A DNA stretch of 64,000 nucleotides from Antedon mediterranea (Eukaryota; Animalia; Echinodermata). The stretch covers positions 19,778,001 through 19,842,000 of the forward strand of contig NC_092674.1 in assembly GCF_964355755.1 (NCBI RefSeq), written 5' to 3'. Below are positions 35,409-47,400 of this stretch, piece after piece. The notes below the pieces were generated by a model. It saw only the letters and a program-made list of their open reading frames with translations, ran no database searches and had not been told where the DNA came from. Each line of letters opens with the position of its first letter. Positions within the stretch are counted from its first letter, which is position 1. Position numbers and translations under genes: made by a program.

Positions 35409-38400
35409 GTAAGAATATTCTAAATCAATAATATAATTATTCAAATAAATTTGCCTATTTTTCACAGGAATAAAATAATTGAGTTAGAATATAATATAAT
35501 ATTAAGATAGAATATTGGTAATTTTAAATATCTTTTAATTCTAATTCTTTCTATTCTAAATAAATAATTATTCAAATAAATTAGCCTATTTTCACAGGAA
35601 TAAAATCATTGAGTTACCAATAGAACATTGGTAACTTAAAATATCTTGAAATTATCTTGCTTTGCTTAATGTTATGTTAGACGCACCTCAAATACTGCCG
35701 ATTCGTTGTATCATTGTGTTCATGTGCTTCATTGCCGTCACACTGAACTATGCTACAAGAATGAACTTTAGTGTTGCATTGTTGGCCATGGTACCAAAAG
35801 ATGGAATGAATTTGTCTATGACTGATACAAGTAAACATGAGGTGGGTACAATCAGCATCAATTGAGTTTCAGTATAAATTTGACCCAATTCGGTTCCATG
35901 TCAACTCGGTGACCAAGGTATAGGCCTTGACGGTGTCTGATCATTTCGGCCGCCAGTCATTTCGGCCGCCGGTTATTGAACGCCCATAATCATGAAACGC
36001 CAAAAAAGACAAAATATGTATTGTTAATTTCGGCCGCCAGAATCGTCAATATTGTTAATAACGTATGGCACGCATTAATTTTTAAAAAGGGTGTATACAT
36101 GTGCCTATCGCCTATAAGACGTGTGTAAATCACAGCCGATTTATGACTTCTATGGAGGGATTAGTTTAGTAGTTTTAACTAAAGTATTTTTACACGACTT
36201 ACTGTATTTCACAGTGGTTGTTGTGGGGTGGGGGTTTGAGGAGGGGTTGTGCCATAGATTAACAATATTGACGATCGATATGCACTGTGACCGTATATTG
36301 ACGACCGATTAAATAGATTACTTTGTAGCTTCATGGGACAAGTAAGCATAGAAAATGGCGTTAAACTGAGTTGAATTGGGACGGAGTTGACTGAAATTGA
36401 ATTAATTAATTTGCAACGACAAAGATGAGGAAATCTGTAAGAATCAGAAAAAGCCGCCCTAACCGATGAAGGGTTAGTGTTCCCCGAAAGCTGGTAATGT
36501 TTCTGATTGTTTTACTTCAACGTTTTGATTTAGCTTTTTTCTTATTTAATTTTGTATCTCCATTGTTGGGATCCATTCATTGACACCCACAGCATTGTCA
36601 TTATTTTTAGTAATTTGTCTTTGGATTTATATGTGTATATGTATATATATACACTGAACACAATAATACTGAAATTACAATTTAAAACAAACTGGTGAAT
36701 ATGGCCTATAATGTGTGTATTAGTAGGGAAAGATAATAAGGCTACAGATATTTTCGAATGTTATGATGATAATAATGAGACCAAATATGGAATTATTAAT
36801 TTTAAACTAATATAGGCCTACTTATGGTTTGTAAATATATCTATATATTAATGCTACTAAATTGGTCACGTAATTTTATCCATCTCCTCCGAAACCGCTG
36901 AGTGATACGTGCTCGAATGGTACGTGCTCACATTTGGCACACTACGGTAATGTTTCTTGATATCAAATTTTTGTTTTTTGTGAAGGTGAAGATAAACTTT
37001 GAAACTTACCAACGTTTCGTGCGTTAGCATCACCTTCACAAAAAACGAAAATTTGATATCAAAAATATTTTGGGAAGGAGATGAATTTTTTCAATTCTAA
37101 TGTTTCTTGATGGGCCGCACACGAATTTATCCTAAATTTATAGGATGAACACCAAAACGCTGTGGTCATATCAATGCTTAGACATTCGAGTTCGAATCCG
37201 CGAAATGTGCAAATAAGTATCCCCGCTTAAGGCAACAAATCAAAACTAGACCACAATTTAATTACTAAGTATAGCAAAAAAGATAACAAAGATCCCACGA
37301 AAAAATTGAAAAATATCAAAACCATTCAAATAAAAAAAAATGTAAACGATATAAACACAAGGTTTGATATATTGAACAAAATTTACCACCAACAATACTG
37401 GAAACAATTAATTAACAATAACAGTGTATTCAGCTCGTGTTTCTGCAGCAATGTATTTTTCATTCGATTTATTTCCATTCTTTCTTCCGTATTCTGAGTT
37501 GTATGAAAAAATGTCTCTGGCGGAACTTTCGCCGATGAGCTATGCTCAACGCGATTATAAGATCATTTTCCGAATATGAGCACTGTTTCTGTAATTTGAC
37601 AGTATGATTTATATATAATTTACACAGTGCTACGCAACACAATTGATTTACATTATAAACAATATTTTTTAAACCGTTGCGTATTAAAGTTGGAATTTAT
37701 TCTGAATAGTTAAGCCTCCACTGATTGTGAGGGCGTTTGTTGTATGAGACAATGTATCTGGTGGGTGAAAATCTGTGATATTTCCATATATATGGCTCTG
37801 TGGTCTAGTGGTATGACACTCGCCCTGTAAGTGAGAGGTCGCCGGTTCGAATCTCGCCATAGAGCTAAGCTCGTCGCGATTACAAGATCATGTTCCGAAT
37901 ATGAGCACTGTTTCTATAACTCTATGATCTATATATAATTTACACTGTTCTACGCAACACAATTGATTTACATATACACAATATACAGATTCTCACACAC
38001 CAGATACATTCTCTCATTTAATACGGAACTTTCGCCGATGAGCTATGCTCGACGCAATTATGAGATCATATTCTGAATATGAGCACTATTTCTATAATTT
38101 GATTATTTTTCATAATATTTTTTTACAGTAAACCATTTTTTTCCAATTTTTTGGTGGATAATTAATATGTGGCATTAAAATGGCATAGGCCTATTCAACA
38201 AAAATTGTTAAAAGAATTATTTTGTGAAGGGGACAATACATCTTTAACACAATAAAGTTCCATTATCTAGTATTGCTTTTATTGTTGAGCTAACAGATAT
38301 TTCAAAGTGAAGGAATATTTTGTGTATAACAAAATCAATGGCCATAAATAGTTATTTTTGATACAATTAGATTTTTTTTAAATTGTCAATGTACTTTTAT

Positions 38401-41400
38401 CAGAGAGGAGTGCGCTTTTATTAAACTTACTCATCCTATGTATATTAGTATATAACCACATAAAGGTTAGGCCTACTGCTAGTATTTTATTATTCTAATG
38501 TCACACTATAATAATGGGAAGAATACTTCAATGACAACAACATCGATTAGGTGCAAAACATGTTTGTTACTGAAAGTATGTAAAAGGGAAGATAAAAACA
38601 AACTAGCACAATTCATTCATAAGATGTTACATAGATTACTGCTTAACATCAGAGGCTTTATAAATGGAAACAACCACTAACTTGTAGTAAATGTAAAGAA
38701 ATTGAAAATAATGTTATTTTTTAGCTGTAATTGAATTTATTTACCTTGATTTACCTTGACCTTTAGACTATAAACCTGTTAAGGTTTGAGTCCCTCTTTG
38801 AACATCTTGGTTATATGGCTCAAACTTTAGGTTGTGGGTTTTCCAGTGTGTTTCAAGATGGGTTTTAAAATTATTTATAGAGGATGCATTTACTATATGA
38901 TATGGCAAACTATTCCAATCATTTACTGCAGATATTGAAAAGAATTTCTGTCTGTGTTTCGATTTACTATGAACTTTTTTAATTTTAAAATTGTGGCCTC
39001 TAGTTACAGTAGATGGTGCTAATTCAAAAAAGACACCCGGATTAACATTATCATACTTTTGTATCATTCTAAAAATCTGTAAGCAGCAAGACCTCTTTCT
39101 TCGAAATGCTAATGATGGCAGTTTCATAAATTTCATTCGGTCACTATATGGTTGAGTTTTAATTTCCACAGCAAGTTTTGTGGCTCTTTGCTGAACTTTT
39201 TCTAAGAGAATAGAATCACCAACAAACTGAGGAAGACTAGAATATTCTAAAATCGGTCTAACCATTGATTTATAAAGGATAGACACTAAATGACTGTCTA
39301 AATATTCAAAGGTTCTCTTAATTAAACCAAGTCTAGAGTTAGCCTTTTTAACAACTTCAACGATATGATCATGAAAATTCAATTTATTATCAACTAAAAC
39401 ACCAAGATCTCTCATCTGAGTTACAACTCCCAACTGAATTCTATCTGAACCTGTTCCCATAAAGTATGTTGTGTTCAAGGATTTTTTACCGAGATGCATA
39501 ACCTTACATTTATTAATATTAAAGGGCAACTGCCACTTTACTGACCATTTATACATCTTATCAATGTCCGCCTGAAAATCAAGAGCATCTATGTCTGAAT
39601 CAACAGCTTTGTATGTCTTTGAATCATCAGCAAACAAAAAAAGAGGTGACTTAACTAATTGAGGCAGATCGTTGATAAATATTGTAAAGCAGATTACACC
39701 ATATACACTCCCTTGAGGAATACCACTCTGGACCGATATCCAATCCGAAACTTCGCCATTTACCACCACTCGCTGGACACGATTTGACAAGTATATTTTA
39801 GTCCATTTCAACAATTCACCACGAATACCATATGTATGCATTTTATGGAGAAGTCTTTCATGTGGAACAGAGTCAAAAGCTTTTTGAAAATCACAGTACA
39901 AGATATCGACAGAGTGTCCTTCATCTATCATTGAAGACCATTTCTCAGTGGCCTCAAGCAGTTGCGTGTTGCAGGATCTTCCCTTGCGAAACCCATGCTG
40001 TTCGTTACAAAATAGTTTATTATCTTCCATATGTTTCGATATTTCATTCTTGATGAATGTCTCCATGGTTTTACATAGTATTGACGTTAAACTCACTGGC
40101 CTATAGTTTAGAGGATTAGTTTTACAGCCTTTCTTATAGATTGGTGAAACATTAGCTTGCCTCCATTGTTCAGGAATAGTTCCCTCATGTAAAAGCTTGG
40201 AAAATAAAGTGCTGAGAATTGGACTAATTTCATTTGCCGTTTCTTTTAAAAGTCGAGAGTGCACACCATCTGGTCCTGGAGACTTACAAATGTCTAATGC
40301 TAATAGGTGCTTTCGAATTTCATTCTCCGGAAATGCAACAGTATACAAAGGTTCGACTTCATGATCAAGGTTAAGTTTAAGCACGGGAATGTCAGAAATA
40401 TTTTCTTTAGTAAAAACTGTTGCAAATGCTTGGTTTAAGAGTGCAGCTTTTTGTCTATTATCTACAATCAGTTCGCCTCTCTCGTCTTTTAATGCAGAAA
40501 TGCCCGTCTTTTTGCCAGTTTTCTCCTTATAATATTTCCAGAAACTCTTAGGATTCACTTTTATCTCGGATGCCAACTTGCATTCAAAACTTTTCTTCGC
40601 TTTTTTTATTGCCTTATTTGTCTCATTTCTAACTTTAATATAAGCATTCCATCTTTCCGGTGTTCTTCTACTCTGATATCTATTCCATGCTTTATGTTTC
40701 TGTTTAACTATAGACACTGTTTCGACGTTCATCCACTGCTTCTTATACCTTTTAGTTTTAGACCTTAAAGGAACATACTGTAAAATACAGAAATCTAACA
40801 GGGAATAGAGAGAATTAGCAATAGAAACACCATCAAGTTCATACATATCAATATTTAGTTTCGATTCTTTTATTTTAGTTCTAATAGCTTCGTAGTTGGC
40901 TTTGTATTAATTTCTTGTAGGAGTGACATTTTCTTTTTCTATAAAACTTAAAGCAAGATTAAAGGTTAAAACAACATGGTCACTCTTTCCCAATGGTGCA
41001 CTACTAATAAGATCACAGACATCAAACTCTTCCCTTGAAAGTACTAAATCTAGTATATTAGATTCTTCTCCAGTACGATGTCTTGTCGGACAGTCTACAT
41101 GTTGATGCCACATTAAATCATCGATTAAATCGGTAAATTTTTGGTTCACATTATGTGATAACCCTTTGCTACTCCAGTTTATCCCTTTAAAATTAAAATC
41201 GCCAGCAACAATCATATGATCAGCCCTGTACTTGTCTGCTGCAACCAAAATATCTTTTAAATCCTCAAATTTGTCCGCGTGACTACTTGGACTGCGATAA
41301 ACACAATCAATTAAAACATTAATATCATTTAATTTAATATTCACAAATATATTCTCATCAAAACCACCTATGTCAACCTGAAATACAGTCAATGCATCTT

Positions 41401-44400
41401 TTACTAGGATCGCGACTCCTCTATGTTCCAGTTTACTAAATAAATTATAACCTTCTAAATTAAAAATGTTCTCATCAATTTCATACAGATAATGTTTAGG
41501 TAATATTTCATTTAAGATTATAATATCCGGTTTAAGCTGATTTATTCTTATTCGGAGTTCTGCGATTTTGTTAGTTAATGTATCACAATTAGTGTAAAAA
41601 AAAGAAAGATTATCTCTGTCAATGTTGATAATGTTATTTCTTCGATAATTAAAATTAAAAGTATTATTTTCTAAATTATAATTACTTTCTGTGTTTATTT
41701 TCTTTGTGTTATTAGTGTTGTGCCTGGTATTGTTTGACCTGAGGGTTGTGGTTTGGGCTTGTCCGAAAGGGCACCTTCACAATCTCGTAGTTTCTTATCA
41801 TTAAATTGGTCTCACCAGTTTGCTCTCTTCTCTCTTTCTCGACTTTCAGCGTATTAAACCGGTCACGATCTAACTTGCTTCGGTCTCTACTAACCCCTTT
41901 AATTTTTTTATCCCATGCATTCTTAAGTATAAGCTCCTTGTCTCTTATATCATAGAAAACTAATTTAATAGGACGTCTTTTATTAGGTTCTCGTTTGCCT
42001 AAACGGAAGAAAGTTCTGATTTTACTATCCACATGCTGTATATCAAGTCCATGAAGAAATTGAACTACGTTCTCCCAATCATCTTTTTTCCTCAAATTAG
42101 ACTCAGTTTTATCGGATTCTTCAATCTCATACACTATAATATTTGCTTTACGCTTTTCTCTATCTTCATGCTCGCTAAACTTCTCCTCCATGCTATTTAT
42201 TAACTTCTTTTCTAGTCTTTCTTCAGTTTTTAAATACATTTCTGTTTGGTTAGATAGTATCTTATCAATTTTCTCAGTATTTGCTTCAATATGCTTTGCT
42301 AGCTTAGTTTGTGTTGTTGCAATGCTGGAAAGGTTCTTCATAATATCTTTTGCCGTAGTATTGCATGATCGACAATACCAATGTACCGAGTCATTATTAC
42401 CATGTGCATTAATCAATTGATAGAGGCTATTACTGACATTTTGACACCCTTTGTGGAACCAAAGATTGCATAGATTGCAGAGCAGACCTTCCTCAATAAC
42501 ATTCTGACTACAAGAGCCACATTCTCCACAAACTTTGCCTTCCTTGGGAACTGATTTCTTTTTTGGGGGCATTTCTATCTATTATTGAGCGAAAAAATAC
42601 AAAAATGTCAAACCAATACTAAAACCAATAATAACAATTGAAAATGTCCAACACTACCTAGACCAAATAATCCAAAATAAATAAATAAATAAATAACAGT
42701 TGAAAATATCGAACACTGCCTAGGCTGGTAACTACTAGGCCTACACCTACCTCCTTCCCGGTTAGAGTAGCTGGTTATGAAAGCAAGTCAATCAGGCATG
42801 AGTTGGCCTAGCTTTCAAACAACCAAAAATGCTCCTAAATATTTGTCTTTACAGAGTTAAACAGTAAGGTATAGCTCTAGTATTAGGTAATTGTTAATAT
42901 CTCTTACAGATAGTGTTACAATTTAGAAGGATTAAAGTGATTTTTAGAGATTTAAATTTAATACTTAACCAACTATGAAAACACACTGTTACCATTGAAT
43001 TCAAGAAAATGCTTAGTACCTTCATAATTTTAAACCACATTATTGATATCATTTAAGCAGGGCGGATCCAGAATTTTGAAATAGAGGTGTTTGGTGTAAG
43101 TCTTTGAGCCTGGGTCGAAGCGAAATTAGGTAATTGACACCTTGATCGTCAGAAATGATACTCTCGCACATAAAATAAATGATACTCTCGCACATAAAAT
43201 TAATGATAAATTGCACCTCTAGATGATAACACCCCCATGTATTTCACATCAATAATCAGCAAAACGATTTTAGTTTTACCGCTGGTAAACAAGGTGCATA
43301 ATTATAAACATTTTGTGTGCTATGTTAGATGCGCGTGTTCTGTGTGGAGAAACGCTGATTGTTTAGTTGTTTTTCACACACGTACAGTCGATTGTCCACG
43401 GGGCACCTTGGCGCCCCTTGGACCCATAGCCAAAAATCATTTGTCCGTCTTTCCAAACGGATCTGCGCCGTTGCCACCTGTACGCGCTAGATGATTACGA
43501 TTGGATGGATTTAAGCCACTGGAAATTTAAAAAATATTTGATCCGATGGAATGATAGAAGCACCTTTGACGTTAACTATTCTTTATTTGTGTAAAAATTA
43601 CTGTACACATGGGTACGTAAAACGTTTGGCGTGTCAACGATTTTTTTTAACAAAATTTTAAATCCGCTCCTGATTTAAGCACTTACTACTTTAACATTGA
43701 ATGTAAACAATAATAATATACCGTATTTCTTTGAATAAACGCCCCGGGGCGCGATTTTTTTTTTCGTACATAAGTTGTGGACCCCCTCATGAAACGTCAC
43801 AAAATAAACATGAATAATTCATCAGTTAAATGTGTTGTTCCGTGTGCACCCAAGCGTATAGCAACAAGAAGCGATTACACAACTGCGATACGATACTTTC
43901 TACAGTAGGCCTAGGATTCTAAGTCAATTCACGCGATTGCCTTCGCGCACTCTTCTTCACACAAAATGTGTCGAGTCGAGGCTAATCGACAGCTAGGCAA
44001 GACATAAACTAAGTAGTAATTCATTGGACATAGCCCAAAGAAAGCTTAGACCCACAAGAATAAAGAATGTGTATAATTTGTGTAGGCCCTACACAAATTA
44101 TTGTATCTTTTTTAATTCTGCTATTTTATTATCAAACAATGCATGTACTCAAAGGAACTTTAAATATGCGCGTATATGAACACATGAGATGGGAAGATTA
44201 GACCCACGAGAATAAAAAATGTATTTTTGTGTAATGTTTATTGTTTAATTTTGCTGACTTATTACTCGGATTGTGTCATACCTATAACACACACACACAC
44301 ACAGCTCTACTAGAATAGACATATGTTTAGAGACTAATAATTAGGCCAAGGCCTAATAGTATTAATAGAAACTATAATTTTAACACGTAATTCTTTAGTA

Positions 44401-47400
44401 ATACATTATATTAAAAACACTATCATAAACTAAAGGCTGATTATTTCGATAATCCACACAAAACGCCGCTATTCTTCTATGAAATCGCCCGCCGCAACAA
44501 CAGCGCGGAGATAGGCCTAGAATTGTACCGCACTTGTGTGTAATCACTTCTTGTTGCTATACGCTTGGGTGCACACGGAACAAGAACATTTAACTGATGA
44601 ATTATTCATGTTTATTTTGTGACGTTTCATGAGGGGGGTCCCAAACTTATGTACGAAAAAAAAAATCGCCCCCGGGGCTGCCAATTAAGTCAGAAATCAT
44701 AAATATTTAGAGGGTTAGGTTTAGTATATTTTAAGAAGTAGATAAAACACGATTTTGTGCCATAACGGATTTCTACAATCCGCATTATTTATAGAATTTT
44801 CCTAAAAAAAAGCTATCATTAGAATTAAAAATATTATTTGAAAAAACAGATGTGGTTGTAAGATTTGTTTAATTATTGAGAAAGCATACAGTTTGATAAT
44901 GTCAGCCATAATGTACATTATGGTAAATATTTTAGAGATAGAAAAAGATCAATAAAATAGATCGACAATATGCAAATCCTTGTTTATTCTATAAATTTAT
45001 AATTCGCTATCATTTTTATAATTATAGAAAAAAACATACTAGCTTTTTTAGGTTAAAATATACTGTCCGTTTTCCAAAACAACAATAGACATTACACAAT
45101 GAGTTTTGTTCGGATTATGAGCTTCTTATTTAAACTAGGTTTAATGTGCAGGAACTGCTTTATTTAATAAAAAAAATAAATGGTATGGGCCAAAAAAATC
45201 TTTATAATGTCCATTTTTTTCGCGAAGTACACACAAAGCAAAGAAAACAAATTTTAATAACTGCAGAATATTTTTAATTTTTAATCATTCATTTCTTTAA
45301 TACAACTTTACTATAAAGTTCATCTACATGGTCATAAACATTATGACTACAGTATATGGTTGAGCTATTGTTATAAAAACTACATGGTCATAAACTTGAC
45401 TACAGTATATGGTTGAGCTACTGTTATAAAAACTACACGGTCATAAACATTATGACTACAGTATATGGTTGAGCTATTGTTATATAAACTACATGGTCAT
45501 AAACTTTATGACTACAGTATATGGTTGAGCTATTGTTATATAAACTACATGGTCATAAACTTTATGACTACAGTATATGGTTGAGCTATTGTTATACAAA
45601 CTACATGGTCATAAACTTTATGACTACAGTATATGGTTGAGCTATTGTTATATAAACTACATGGTCATAAACTTTATGACTACAGTATATGGTTGAGCTA
45701 TTGTTATATAAACTACATGGTCATAAACTTTATGACTACAGTATATTGTTGAGCTACTGTTATACAAACTAGATGGTCATAAACTTTATGACTACAGTAT
45801 ATGGTTGAGCTATTGTTATATAAACTACATGGTCATAAACATTATGACTACAGTATATGGTTGAGCTATTGTTATATAAACTACATGGTCATAAACTTTA
45901 TGACTACAATTCTTTATAATAGAAAATAATCAAGGTAATGAATTATTCATAATGTCTGGAAGGCGTTTATTATTTGTTGGTGTAATGGTAACATGTATAA
46001 TCATATAAACATAACACAAATAATATCGATAAAATAATAAAAAGTGATAAAATAAAGTGAAAAATGTTTGATAATAGTAAATCATGTCAATCAATAAACT
46101 CTATTACAAAAATTGAAATGTTTTTATTCCAAATCATGTTCCATGGTGGGTTTATTCCAAATCATGTTCCATGGTGGGTTTATTCCAAATCATGTTCCCA
46201 GAGGTCCCAACTTGGGAAAGTCTATTCGCAGGAGATTTTGTCGTGAACCACATTCAATTCATCGGGGCGTCGAAAGTCAACGCGCGGTGAATCGAAAATC
46301 AACACGCGGGGAATCGAAAATCAACACGCGGGGAATCGAAAATCAACACGCGTGTCGTTTACGTCTCTTAATTAACTAAATATGTTACATCAAAGATAAT
46401 AATACTGTTGATTCTTTACCTATTTATATTCTTTGGTTACATATACAGTATATACAATATTTACACATAAGTTGGCTTAATTTTTAAATAGGTTTATACA
46501 TCAGTATTTTTACATTCTAATATTTTTTTTATGGACACATCCTCAGTACAAAAAATGTAAAAAATATATACTGTATTTTAACTAATATTCAGTATATAAA
46601 ATAATTTAACTTAATTACATAATGTACAATAAACACATATGATAGTATTGCCCAATAGAATTTACTCATTTTTTTTAGGCACAGGCCTAGGCCTAGCCTA
46701 GGGCTTCTACTTCTAGCTAGGCCCTAGCTAGCTACCATTTTAAAACCCCAAAACAATCGAAATAACTATTCCGAATCCGTCTTATGCTACATTACGCGAG
46801 TTAACATATTATTTCAGATGAAAAACATTGAGTTTTATATTGTTTTATCCATACGTAATTACACTGGCATTAAAGATATAACATTAAAATGTAGGCCGTT
46901 TATGAGCTATTTCGCCGATTTCTTATCGCTGGGAAATTCCCCACCAGCGACATCGATCGATCGAGGAGTAGGCCTAGCTAGGCTAGAGGCCTAGCGTGCA
47001 TGCCGGAACGGGTGGATTATTGCTATATAATAAATAACAAGTTTGAACAAAAGAGCTTACGAAAATCTTTTTTTTATTTTTATTTAACGTAGGCCTACTT
47101 GCTTGACGAATCCATGCCTTTTAAATCATTTAACATGTTCGTATTATCGGATCGTACAGTAAAACCAAATAAAACACCGCCTCAACAACCTCGTGCGATG
47201 TGCGATCTGTTGTTCTTTGCAGCGGATCAACATTGGTAGAGTTCATTAATTATGAGGGTGTTTAAAAATGTAATAACTATTAAAAACGTGTCTCAACCAC
47301 TTTGTAATCAAAGCGTTTATTTAGTTAAAACTTGGATCCTCCCAAAATTGATAATCGCGTATTCCGGTTAGCACGTGATTGATTCACGGTTGGTTGCACG

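Larger units (their letters stand above)
38738..42993 (-). mobile_element. Near full-length CR1-clade LINE in intron 2 of paralog B
   Basis: PHD-containing ORF1, APE-RT ORF2, 3' tail (TCAAGGTAAA)x2, candidate TSD ATTGAATT at 38730-38737 and 42994-43001. Confidence 0.93.

Noticed and set aside
35430-35620. Duplicated acceptor-like ttttcacag in intron 1 of paralog B as extra exons
   Set aside because: Part of a local tandem duplication of about 131 bp, with stops nearby and no donor; the exon 1-2 phase is already consistent.
37794-37867. Functional tRNA-Thr gene
   Set aside because: C33, a T-stem mismatch, extra bases before the acceptor 3' strand and the repeat context; called tRNA-derived instead.
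45324-45908. CRISPR-like palindromic repeat array
   Set aside because: Units are contiguous and near-identical, with no spacers.
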